Shown here piece by piece: positions 21,747-33,550 of a stretch of 64,000 nt of DNA. The stretch comes from Macrostomum hystrix (Eukaryota; Animalia; Platyhelminthes), in the NCBI GenBank assembly GCA_950097015.1, contig CATNEN010000038.1, positions 28,458,001 to 28,522,000 on the forward strand. The letters are read 5' to 3'. Positions within the stretch are counted from its first letter, which is position 1. Each line of letters begins with the position of its first letter. The position numbers and the translations under genes are program-made. The notes beneath the pieces are model-generated. The model had not been told where the DNA came from. It did not search any database and was given only the letters and a program-made list of their open reading frames with translations.

Positions 21747-22501
21747 CTAGAATATGCCTAACTTGACCCAGTCAGCGCTTATCTCGATGTCCTCCTCAAC
21801 CTGAGCGTCGGTGAACAGCAGCAGGCGGCAAGTCCTCAGCCTGCTGTTGTACAGCACGCGCCTGCTGTTGCCCTCGTTATAGGCGAAAAATACGCATTCA
21901 AGATCACTCCGGACACTGCTGATGTCAGAGTAGCAGTACTCGGTGCTCGGATTGTAGCTGGTGCGCTTGAAAGGAATCGCCAGCCATGTGTGGCTTGAGC
22001 AAGTTGCAGTCGGGACAGATCTAGCCAACTCGCACGCTAATCCTTGTTGCAGAGTGCACCTGATGTCAGATAGTTTTCCAGGAGGATCATTTTGCTGTCC
22101 AGTGCAGTCCTGCATCATTCCCATGGTGTTTGGTTCCCCATTTCGCCACAATATGTCATTCAGTCGTAAAATTTCTTTGTCGAGAATGAGCTGCCAGCCT
22201 GACCTACTCGTGTTTTTTTCATCAGCCAGGTCAGACACTCCGAGCTAAATGTTGCAGCCGCAGTTGAAGCTCGGCATGCTGCTGAGCAGCTCATGCAGCG
22301 AGCTGTACGAGTTGATGAGCTCACCTCCGATCGATGCGCACTGTCGATTGGCCGAGCACCAGGTGAAGCTCTGAGTATAGTGTTCACGAACACGCACCTG
22401 ACGGCCTCCTGTTTGAACGGAGATGGACACAGTGACAACGACGGATGCGAGAGCAACAGAATCTGCAGTGACAACACCAGCAGGATTGAGACGGTCTTCA
22501 T
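21747..22501 (-). pseudogene. C-type lectin/PAN-like paralogue, copy 2 (pseudogene)
   Basis: Close paralogue of copy 1 with a 2-bp TA insertion at ~22376-22380 and TGG>TAG stop at 22245-22247 in the IWLG motif. Confidence 0.85.
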
Positions 22502-24311
22502 ACCCAAAATGCTATGCGAATTGGGTCTAAAATTTTATGTATTTTATGTATGAGTTTAGTTTTTGTATCATTTATTCTCTCAGTCTGGTAGAACCACATG
22601 TTTTATGCAGCTGGCGCCCTTAATTCAGTTGTGATGCTTCTGCTGTTCATAATGGATTTTGACGACTTTTAAGTGGATCATCTGGCTACTAGATTGGATG
22701 AAACTGTTAGCTAATAGAAATAAGGATTAAATACATTGTATTTTCACACTTGGACGCATGGATGAAAGTCGCCTACCGAGACAAGGCCTAATTTGAGTTT
22801 GTCCGGTGTCACGTCTAATTTAATTTCTGCTTAATTTTATTCGGCTGAAGGAAATAAGAAGACAAAAGTACGGCCGAATATATTTATGTCGTCTAAATTT
22901 ATTCGGCCATCTCGAATTAATTCTCTTACCCACTGAACAGAACAGAAACTATCTCATGCCTTATTGTGCCGTATTCAATCTGGGCCCGAATAAAATAGCG
23001 CATCTAAAGTTATTCAGCCGAAAACTTTTCTGCCTACTAGGCTAATGGTTGGCATAACACCGGTGCTAAACAGACACCCACGGCCTTCACTAATCTTTCG
23101 CGCAAGCCATATTTAGAAGCTTTGAATCCATTTGTCTGATAACGCACTTTCCAATGCTTTTTCCTTGTTAGTTACTTTTAGACATAATACTTTTATAGAC
23201 AGAGGCACAAGCAGCACATATAATGGTAAGGGACAAACTCGCCGAAAGAAATCGTTAAAATGTTGTAAATGCAAATATTGTCCGAGTACAAGCTAAAGTC
23301 TACCAATAGTTATTTATATCTCTTGGAACATTTTATCCATGGCAGATTTGATTAATATGATATTCAGCACATTGCTGTTCAACGCAGATAGATTGTTTAA
23401 GACTGTAATGTGTGTGGCAATAAGTACTGTTTTTAGAACAAATATGCTACATGGGTTCGGTCTGCAGCAGCTACTTAGTCAACAAACTGCAAATTCAATG
23501 TATCGAATGGTTTGCTAAAACTGACAAAATCCCACGACTCGTTCGTGGGATTTTCTTGCCAATAAGTGAGCCGGCAGTTCCTTTCTCGCGAATGAACAAG
23601 GAAAAGCATCCACAAGGCAGTAAGTACGAGTATCAGCATATACCCGGGGCACTCATTGGCGTCTCGGTCGCGTCAGGTTTGCTCATAAAACATTTCAGTT
23701 TTTAAAACGTAATGCAATAGGGCTTTTTAAACTTTAGCAATCCTAATTAGTATAACACTTTATAATATTATATTAGAGTAGTTATAATTTAACTCTATGA
23801 TAGCATGCAAGTGTCCGAGCGGCAAGACACTACTCTTTACTTATTAATATGAATAAATCGTATGTATATTAGTTGCACTGATTATATTATTGACACAGTC
23901 TTATTAAGTTCAGTCCCAATAAAGGGCTACCAGTGGATCGGAGGGTGTCCAATCTTACACACACTCACTCTCTGATTCGGAATTACTCCTTATTTCATCT
24001 ATTTCACTTTGCAAATCTGCAATATTTGAATCCCTTCTGGGCCTTTTTGTCTAATTTCGATCCAACCTGGATATCTTAGTTCAGTACGAATTCTCGCTTA
24101 TGGCATACAGTTTCCAGCTTGTAGCCTTTAGCTAAATACTCGTAATAAGAAAACTTGATTTGCTTAAACAGCTTGTCTCACGAACTTGCGGAAGAGACGC
24201 CAGTTGTGGACCTTTCCGTCTAAAACCGCTTGTATATATTGAGTTTCTTTTGGGGTTGTGGACATGGTTATAACAAAAAGCGTCAAATAAACAAAATATT
24301 TAATTCTACGG

Positions 24312-24887
24312 CAGGGGTCGGCAACCTCCGGCCCGCGGGCCAGATGCGGCCCTCGAAGCTCCCAAATCCGGCCCTTAGCTCTTCCTAACACCTACTCTAC
24401 AGTACACCCTATCTCATCTCATCTCTCTCATGTCTCATCTCTCCCCTGTCTCATCTCTCCTGTCTCACCTCTCCCCTGTCTCACCTTTCCCCTGTCTCAC
24501 CTTTAACCTGTCTCATCTCTCCCCTGTCTCACCTTTCCCCTGTCTCATCTCTCCCCTGTCTCACCTTTCCCCTGTCTCATCTCTCCCCAGTCTCACCTCT
24601 CTCCTGTCTCACCTCTCCTTTGTCTCACCTTTCCCCTGTCTCATCTCTCCCCTGTCTCACCTCTCTCCTGTCTCATCTCACCCCTGTCTCACCTTTCCCC
24701 TGTCTCATCTCTCCCCTGTCTCATCTCTCCCCTGTCTCATCTCTCACCTGTCTCATCTCTCACCTGTCTCATCTCTCACCTGTCTGATCTCTCATGTGTC
24801 TAATCTCTCCCCTTTCTTCATGCGGCCCGCCGTCGTCTTTAAGATTCTCTCTTTAGCCCGCGGGGTACATAAGGTTGCCGACCCCTG
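24312..24887. mobile_element. Second copy of the minisatellite-bearing hAT MITE, opposite orientation
   Basis: TIRs CAGGGGTCGGCAACC / GGTTGCCGACCCCTG; 8-bp TSD TTCTACGG at 24304-24311 and 24888-24895; internal (TGTCTCATCTCTCCCC)n. Confidence 0.92.
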
Positions 24888-25379
24888 TTCTACGGTAACG
24901 TTACGTTTCTAAGAAATACAAAAATTTAAATGTAGAAATACGGCATTAATCGCAGCTACTACAAAAGCAAAGTCTTTTTGTAAAATAAAAAATTTTTTAT
25001 ATAACGGAAATTAATTCCTACATATAATAAAAGTTAAATTCGCGCCGACGCCAAGAAACATTTTGTTTGAATTACCGTATTTTGTAAAATATCGTAACGC
25101 ACATTTGTTAAAAATCAAGACAAGGGTAAAAATACACACGAGTTTTGAGTAGGAAAAACAACGTCGTTTGCGCCCGCACGGTCAAATAATAAGAAAAAAT
25201 CTGATTGAAAAAATCTTGTTTTTTCAAATTAAGAGAGAAAGGTTCGTGCTAAAGTGTTGCAATTATTTTTCTATACAAGAGGTTGAAAATACGACGAATA
25301 TCTGTGACGAAATAAACGGCAGACAGAGTCTTGCGGAAGTTTAATATTCCAATTAGAGTCCAGAGTTCGCGTAATCTAG

Positions 25380-26560
25380 TGTAGCGGTAGCACTTTATCT
25401 TTATTTATTATCACTGAGACACACGACAAGCAATATAATTAAAGTCAGGTGCAGGAGCTCAATGATGACGATGCAATAGAGAAGACAGCGAATGACAGTA
25501 AATAGGTAATGACAGAACGAAACACTCGGCAGAACAGTGGGTAAGTAGGTCGCAGTGAAAGTAACAGTGGCCGGGACAAGAGCAGTGACAAAAGGGGTGA
25601 GCCGGTTGCAGCACGGGCGGGCCCAGGGGGCCTAGTTAAATAAGCTAGCCCGCGGTAAAAACAGGGCGATCGATAATCTAGAGAAACAGAGCACGCACGC
25701 TCATTGGCTGAGAGAAATGACATTAATGCAACTGCGAGATAAGTTCTGGTTTGGACTGGTGGACTGGTTTGCACGTGCTTCTCACAGCGTGAGGCGAATT
25801 GCGGTGAACGATAAAAGTCACTGCAATAAAACACGCTTCCTTTTATAGAGTCATTTTAACACCAAATTAGGTCGATCGGCGAGGTGGATGCCTGGCTGTA
25901 GCTTGAGCCAAGGCGACAAATCACAGTAAACTTGCGACCGCCGTTCTGAGCCCCGGGGTAGCTTCTTGCTGAGGGTAGACAGATAGTGAGGCCGGGTCGC
26001 TCGCTGATTGGCCGGGACTGTAGCCAGGGGTAGCGCTCGCGGGGTGGTGGGCGTCCGTTCCCCCGGCTGGTCCGGCCCGGCTTGGCGTGGGTGACTTTTA
26101 GCAAAAAACAAGTGTCTAAAAATAAGTATTGAATGATAACACGGGGAGATAGAAGGGCAAACAAGCTGACACTACAGGGGGCCGGGGCACTTGTCGCACA
26201 AGCGACGGAGCGGCACGCCCCCACACCGGCGAACTAGGCGCTTAGCGCCCCATCGCGCCGCCTCCCATGAGCAGGCACCACACAGCAGCACAGACCAGCC
26301 GGGGAGGGCAGGAGGCACCAAGAATTGGCAGCAGTGCCCACCCCAGACGCACACGCACGGAGCAGACCAAGCCGGAAGGCTGATAAGAAATCAGTCCTCA
26401 GGGGGGGGCGGGTGATGAGTGTACACTTATCCAATAGCGCTGACGGAAATCTAGAAAGCGCGCGGCGGTGTACACCCGCCCCCCAGCCACCCAAGGCCTC
26501 ACGCCCCAGCGCCAACGCACACAACTCACACAACGCAGAACAGGCACACAGAAGGTAGGA
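25380..26560. mobile_element. LTR-like GC-rich insertion(s), boundaries uncertain
   Basis: TGTAG (25380)...CTACA (26176) inverted termini; minus-strand AATAAA near left end; 26177-26560 shares motifs (CCCGCCCCCAGCCA) with the solo LTR at 27573; no matching TSD found. Confidence 0.35.
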
Positions 26561-27009
26561 GCGAAGCTATTATTTTAAGCTTTGATTTCCCGAAATATGG
26601 TGCACCTCCGCCGGTCGCTACTGTCCAAACCCTCCAACAAGTCCCGAAATTAATCGTGACTTAAAGGGAGAATCGAACTAGCGTCAATTGGAGTGCGAGG
26701 CAGCGACGTTAGCCGCTGACCCACTCGCCCTGTTTTGTGCTTCAAAAATCGATACTTGAAATTTCTAACGCCAGTTGTTGTAACAAGCAAGGCTGTCTGA
26801 CTAAGCAAAAGAAAGAGAAAGGCACAATGGAAAGACAGAATACGTTAAAAAGCTTAAAACTGACTTCAGAAAATAGAAATCTTGGGTTTTAGCTCTATTA
26901 TTACGATAGAGAGATATTACGATGTTTCGTCAACGAATACATGAAATTTGTATAAAAATCTTGAATGTGTGAGAAGCTTGTTTACAATTATTTTCTTGTG
27001 TTCCACAGC

Positions 27010-27450
27010 TCGCAGCTGGTGCCCGTGTGGTCTTTGTGTCCGTCACCGTACAGTCACCGTGCGTCTTTGTGAACGCAGTCCAGAACTTCACCTGGTGCTC
27101 GGCCAATCGCGAGTGCGCCTCGATCGGTGGCGAGCTGGTAAACTCGTACAGCTCGCTGACTCTGAGCATGCCGAGTGTTCTCAACTGCGACTGCAGGCTC
27201 TAGCTCGGCCTGACCGAGCTTGTGAACGGGAACGGCATTTTCCAAATGACTCGATCGATGCGGAGCGTCAACAACCCGGGTGGCAAGTGGAACACACCCG
27301 AGGACTGCGTCGACAGAATACCCAACAGTAAACGCGTGTTGTACAACCGCGCGCTGAAGAAGTGCCGCCTGCTGCATGCAGCTCACAGACGCTCAGGTTG
27401 AGGAGGCCATCGAGGTGAGCGCCGACTGGATCAAGCTCAGTGTGTACTGA
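27010..27450 (+). pseudogene. Highly deleted C-type lectin/PAN-like paralogue, copy 3
   Basis: Recognisable blocks TTCACCTGGTGCTCGGCCAATCG, CGCGTGTTGTACAAC, GACGCTCAGGTTGAGGAGGCCATCGAG with frameshifts, stops and internal deletions. Confidence 0.8.
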
Positions 27451-27572
27451 GCCAACCGATAAACTAAACGATTGCATTCTAAAAAACACATTGAGCTAAA
27501 TCAATAAAAAAAGCTAAAATTTAGCTAAAGTTCGATGAAAGCGCTAAATTAAAGCCGTAAATGTTATAGTGA

Positions 27573-28247
27573 TGTAGTGACAGTGGTCGATTTGAGATCC
27601 CCGGCCCACAGCCCTATTAAGTAAAACATCACTGAACCAGGCGTTAGGACGCACTGTTGCAGCCAGGAACTGGTGGCGTTAGGACGCTCAGACAGTACTT
27701 CTAAGACTATTACAGTACTCCGTGCGGCCTGGCACTCCGAAAGGACAGGCACGAATACAGCGCTTACCGGTCGGGACGCACGATATGATAACAGCATGAT
27801 GCCGGCGATGTGTTTGCAGTCAATAATTGCACTTCAATGAACGATAATGAATAGTCAATAGTCAATAAACACTTCGCATGCAAGGAATTGAGCCTTCGCC
27901 GTAAGAGACCGTATTTACGGCACGATCTTTTAAAGTTCGCCAAACGGGAGGGGGCAGACAGGGGCGGAGCACAAACAAAGCCTACAGTGCGCTGGGGGGG
28001 CAGGGTTGTACGCTCTGGACGTGTGGACGGGCAAAGCTACGCAGAGCTTATTAGCGTGAGGGCAAAGCCACGCAGGGCTGGGGTAGGATAGACACAATGC
28101 CCGCCCCCAGCCAATCAGATGGCGGCACCGGGCACTCTGAGCCAGGACGGGGGGAGGGTGAGGACCAAGGCCGCGCCACACGAACCGGCCTAACACGGCA
28201 GCTAGCCGTGGGCTGCCGGCCAGGACACCGGCAGTGCCGGCACCACA
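27573..28247. mobile_element. Solo LTR (675 bp), Gypsy-type
   Basis: Termini TGTAGTG...CACCACA; 4-bp TSD GTGA at 27569-27572 and 28248-28251; GC-rich in AT-rich flanks. Confidence 0.7.
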
Positions 28248-28612
28248 GTGATTTAAAAATTCGAATTAATTTTATTGAATTAAATCATCCAATTCTCCAA
28301 ATCCCAAATGAAAAAGACGAACAGTATCTGTGTGCGTGTATGCTCAGCAGTCAGTGGAATCGACGCAAGACTGTGAGTCCACTCTCACTAAAATGATGAA
28401 CAGTCCCAAGAGCTCCTGCAAATGTTGTGATTAATATTAATAATCACAAACCGTTAAAGATGTTCGTTTTTTCCTTTATATTTTAAAACACCATATCATT
28501 TCAATCAGACTTGAGTAGATTTCTTTACACGATGTCAACGCTCTAATGTTTTGATATCAGCTTGGCTCGACACGAAACGAGGCTAAAGGATGGACCTCCT
28601 CGCATTTTTCGA

Positions 28613-29362
28613 TTAAAAGGTGCCGAACTTGACCCAGTCAGCGCTCGTCTCGATGGCCTCCTCAACCTGAGCGTCTGTGAACTGGAGCAGGCGGCAAGTC
28701 CTCAGCCTGCTGTTGTACAGCACGCGCCTGCTGTTGCCCTCGCTGTAGGCAAAAAAGACGCATTCAACAATGTTCCGGACATTGCTGATGTCAGAGTAGC
28801 AGTACTCGGTGCTCGGATTGTAGCTGGTGCGCTTGAAAGGAGTCGCCAGCCACGTGTGGCTTGAGCAAGTTGCAGTCGGGACAGATCCAGCCCACTCGCA
28901 CGCAAATCCCCTAGGATGAGAGCATCTGTTGTCAGAGAGCTTTCCAATAGCGTCATAGTTCTGTCCAATGCAGTCTTGGTTGCCTCCATTGTTGTTCGGG
29001 TCCCCATTTCGCCACAATGAGTTATTCAGCGGTAAAATTCCTTTGTCGCGAATGAGCTGCCAGCCTGACCTAATTATTTCCCTTTCATCAGCCATGTCAG
29101 ACACTCCGAGCCAAATGTTGCAGCCGCAGTTGAAGCTCGGCATGCTGCTGAGCAGCTGCAGCGAGCTGTACGAGTTGATGAGCTCACCTCCGATCGATGC
29201 GCACTGCCGATTGGCCGAGCACCAGGTGAAGCTCTGAGTAGTGTTCACGAACACGCACCTGCCGGCCTCCTGTTTGAACGGAGCTGGACACAGCGACAAC
29301 GACGGATGCGAGAGCAACAGAATCTGCAGGGACCATACCAGCAGGATTGAGTTGGACTTCAT
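28613..29362 (-). CDS. Secreted C-type lectin + PAN-like protein, copy 4 (intact, intronless; upstream in-frame ATG at 29437)
   Basis: Near-identical to copy 1 over most of its length; signal MKSNSILLVWSLQILLLSHPSLS. Confidence 0.88.
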   Translation of the reverse strand: MKSNSILLVWSLQILLLSHPSLSLCPAPFKQEAGRCVFVNTTQSFTWCSANRQCASIGGELINSYSSLQLLSSMPSFNCGCNIWLGVSDMADEREIIRSGWQLIRDKGILPLNNSLWRNGDPNNNGGNQDCIGQNYDAIGKLSDNRCSHPRGFACEWAGSVPTATCSSHTWLATPFKRTSYNPSTEYCYSDISNVRNIVECVFFAYSEGNSRRVLYNSRLRTCRLLQFTDAQVEEAIETSADWVKFGTF

Positions 29363-30464
29363 GCCAAAATTTATAGTCCAAACGCTGCTTCTCGGGTTTT
29401 TACAGGTAGCCGTTATTGGGGTTGAGCTTATTTTCATCTGGCGCTCCCAGTTTTGCAGCTAAATTTTCTATTTAAATGCTGCATGCAAAAATTTTCCCAT
29501 TGTTTGTTTTACTGTGTGGTGAAGTGTTGTTTTCTCATGTGGAGGAAGTTAACCCGATTGATACACACTCAGCTGATGATAATCATGACTCAAATTAAAT
29601 AGAAAGCCATTAGTCTATTTTTCCACACTTTCTGTCACTGCACGAGAAAAAACTTTGAAATCACTTTCACTGGCACTCGATCAAATGCAGAGTTCTGACA
29701 GTGGACACTTGTACGCAAAATAATGGTAAATGTTCCTGTTTTCGTTTGCTTCATCATCAAACCTGATATTAAGCACCATGCAGATAATAATGAGAAAATG
29801 ATTTTTTGTCAATTACTGGCTAACTAAAATTGCTTGATGGCATAGTAAGCGAGCCTTAACTTGGTGACCTGTGAAGAGCAGCACAATAACTCTCCCTTGT
29901 TACGCGCAACATTTTATGAGTCTAGCAGAAACGAATTTCGATGAGTGCTCGTATTTCAACGGCTGAGAATTTCTGCTTTTGGTTTTCAACTTCTATTTCA
30001 AACTAAGTAACTTCAATTTCGTCTTGCATTTTTTTCATCCGGCTTCAAACATTAATATAGGCCATGATGGGCCTGTACTTTCAATATATATGTTTGACGT
30101 CTCAGGCAAGACACCAAGTGGGAGACAACCAACAAAAAGATCTCGTATTCTCGCTCCAATAAGATTGGAGCTTCAGGAGCGGCTGGATGTGAAAGTGTCG
30201 GCGCTATCCAATTAGCTGAATCCTTTATTGTGATTCTGTGCTATAGGGTCATAAATTCACAGGGTCATAAATCTCTCGACACTCGACAGAATTTTCATAA
30301 TTGCATTGCAGCGGAGTCGGTGCAGGTTGCGGCGAAGATCAAAGGCAAGGACAAAGTCCCTATTTCACAGAGCGGACGCAAACACAAATCGCTGTGCTGA
30401 AGAGACGAAATAGAAGTTACATTTTGTGCAATCGATTTACTCGAACTTGGGCAGGCCGGTTTCG

Positions 30465-31070
30465 CGGACGAAATTGAATACTGATCGGGTACACACGAGC
30501 ATCCCCCTCCCCGCGGACGAAATTGAAGTTACTGATCGGGTGGGTACACACGAGCATCCCCCTCTCCGCGGGCGAAATTGAAGTTACTGATCGGGTGGGT
30601 ACACACGAGCATCCCCCTCCCCGCGGGCGAAATTGAAGTTACTGATCGGGTACACACGAGCATCCCCCTCCCCGCGGGCGAAATTGAAGTTACTGATCGG
30701 GTGGGTACACACGAGCATCCCCCTCCCCGCGGGCGAAATTGAAGTTACTGATCGGGTGGGTACACACGAGCATCCACCTCCCCGCGGGCGAAATTGAAGT
30801 TACTGATCGGGTGGGTACACACGAGCATCCACCTCCCCGCGGGCGAAATTGAAGTTACTGATCGGGTGGGTACACACGAGCATCCCCCTCCCCGCGGGCG
30901 AAATTGAAGTTACTGATCGGGTACACACGAGCATCCCCCTCCCCGCGGACATAATTGAAGTTACTGATCGGGTGGGTACACACTAGCATCCCCCTCCCCG
31001 CGGGCATAATTGAAGTTACTAATCGGGTACACACGAGCATCTCCCTCCCCGCGGGCGAAATTGAAGTTAC
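30465..31070. repeat. Minisatellite, 55/51-bp unit, ~11 copies
   Basis: (GCGGGCGAAATTGAAGTTACTGATCGG[GTGG]GTACACACGAGCATCCCCCTCCCC)n. Confidence 0.92.
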
Positions 31071-31709
31071 TTAGTTTGAAAACTAGTAGTGCTCCTGCTT
31101 CTGATACGGCTTGTATTCTGATGTATTTAATATTTCCTGAGTGGGGAATGGGTTTAAAGCATTGCCGTTGACCAGTTGGCACACACGCACATGGATACAA
31201 AGACAGGCATACATTCGCACAGGTGTGTACAACTACACTGACTTTAAAATTCGGCATTGTACACTGTCACAGTTCGTAGACGAAATTGCACAATGAGCTC
31301 CATGACTTTCCAAAAATTAATCTGGCCTCACCACAGAGTCGAGCTCAGGAGCTCTTGTGTGAGAGTAAGAGAGACAAAGCAATAATCTACTGTTTTGAAC
31401 TGTAGATAGATCTCAACCAACCCCCCTTTTTCTGTCGCTAACAACTGATAAAGGTAAATAACTTAAGCAGAAAAGTTTATTTATTACTCATACAATGCTT
31501 CCTACAGCTAGTGCATTAATTTGACATCCTGGCACTACTAAACCAAGATTATGCTAAACACTGGAATTTTCAAGGCCATTGGCCTGAGCAGGGGACTTTG
31601 ATGCAAGCCGCTATACAGAGCTCTATCAACATTTCCGACAAGAAAAACAAAGGCAATTCATTGGACTCTTATAGGCAGCAGGAGAAACTGTTTCGTTAGG
31701 CATCCAGGA

Positions 31710-32033
31710 TATTAATAATAAATATAATAATTGGAGGAGGGCTGCGGGCAATGGCACATCATTTGGTGACAGTAGACCCGCAGCCAGCGAGGAGGCAATT
31801 CTGCCCATTTCGTTGACGGGTTTGAGTACATCTGCCCTGACTTTCTCATCGTCAGGCAGTGTACACTCTCACTGTGCCTTGGAGGTTGGCCCACAAGGGC
31901 GTGAATTGCACAACAAGCCCCCAAGCCTTCTCTCCGTGGCTGCGCCCCAAATGAATGTGGCCTCGCCGCGGAGTCGAGCTCCGCGACCTTGGTGCGAAAG
32001 GTAAACGCGTTAACCGCTCTGCCACTCACACCC
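31710..32033 (-). mobile_element. tRNA-derived SINE family A, full length
   Basis: Minus strand: A-box-like GTGGCAGAGCGG, B-box-like GAGCTCGACTCC, conserved body, 3' hairpin GGCTGCGGG..CCCGCAGCC, TTA-rich tail. Confidence 0.82.
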
Positions 32034-33344
32034 AGGCATCCAATGCGACTGAACTGCCGTGCTAAAAGACCGGACTTAGTCACCAAAGCAAACGGGGTGT
32101 ATGAGCAGTTCGTGTTTAACATCTGAAGAGTGGGTCTTCTCACACAGTAAAACTCTACTCCTCACTTGTAGATTTATTTGAATCTAGGTAACTATAGATC
32201 CCCTCTAGAAATTTACTACTTCGCAATATATATATTATATATATATCAACTGAAGAGTCTGCCTACCTCTGTCTTTCTGCGAAGGAGGCCTTGGAAGTAG
32301 ATTCTGGTGCCGCTGAGCTCTCAGTACAGATTCTTCTCGATACGGTCGACCTGGGCTGCGCTGCGAATAACTTAATGAAGGTTGGAGTCTCAGGTAGACT
32401 CAAGTACTCAACTGAAGTTATCAAAGTCCTACGCTTCATCGGCTTAATGCCACGCGCGGTTGTACTAGATACTCGTATAACTACCCAACGCGCGGTTGTT
32501 CCCCGTGAACATCTATTTGGCCTTCTGTCTCTGAAACTAATTAGAGAGGACCGGATAACCTCCGAGTTCCTCCTGTAGTTCCTCGAAACTCGGGCTGACC
32601 TGATAATCCCCGCTAGCTGCATAGAGAGGAGGAATGCTCTGCTAAGTGTGCCTAAGATTAAAATGACTAACTCAACACAAAAGGATATTAATATATTTAT
32701 TGGCTGTAGGCCGGGAAAATCTACTTACGTGAAGCCGAAGATGCTTCTTTTAGGACTGGTAGACGCCGGGTGGATCCGATGATCTGAATCTCCGGGACTC
32801 TAGCGTGTGTGTATATATAGTCTTTCAGAATTAGTTATAATTGTATGGTGCAGTCGCGTGATGTATCCATGCTGGTTCTGGCTGGCCTACTGACAGTTTG
32901 ACATTTTCTACTAAAGATGCGGAAGCTGAAGGGGTGGCTACTTGACGGATTAACTAAAGGTGTGATATCGTCATTGAGTCGTTCTATTTCCGTCGTTCTA
33001 TTTTTTATTCTTACCGTAACGGCGTTGTTGCGCATGCCTGTGTATAGCGTTGCAAAGTTACCGTATCTATTGTCGTAAGCGTTTTAATTGTATTCGAATG
33101 TTATACTTTCTACTATTGAAACGCGAGTAGTAGTGAAGTATGTATATGAATTTGCAATATTAAAAATCGCATGAGTTGTACTTTCACTGTTAGCGTTGAC
33201 CACTCCACACATCTCTGCGCTTTCGGTTTCTAAGTGTTTTTTACTTCTCAAAACAGCTCGTTTCTTAGTGCGTATATATATGACTCTTAAATCGAATAAT
33301 TTATAATGGATCACACCTGCCACAACAGTGCCAGATGTGCAGAC

Positions 33345-33550
33345 GACAGCACAGCCGCAGGCTGCGTATGGCTGTTCAGTCCATGGACTGGGGGGACGCC
33401 ACACCCACCCTCAATTACCCCCGCTGATGCTGGTACCCATTTAACAGCTGGGTGAACTGTAGCAGCGCGAAGTAAAGTGACTTGCTAAAGGGCACAAATG
33501 TTTCTAGTGGAGTCGGGAATCGAACCCCGACCTTCAAGTTGTGAGCTTTA
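33345..33550 (-). mobile_element. tRNA-derived SINE family B with CORE-like domain
   Basis: Minus strand: B box GGTTCGATTCCC then GTGCCCTTTAGCAAGTCACTTTAC..CAGCTGTTAAATGGG, resembling the CORE-SINE consensus; related copies at ~21095-21225, 53535-53680, 54150-54235. Confidence 0.7.

Noticed and set aside
30465-31070. Possible CRISPR array or tandem ncRNA
   Set aside because: Units are contiguous near-identical copies with no variable spacers; eukaryotic context
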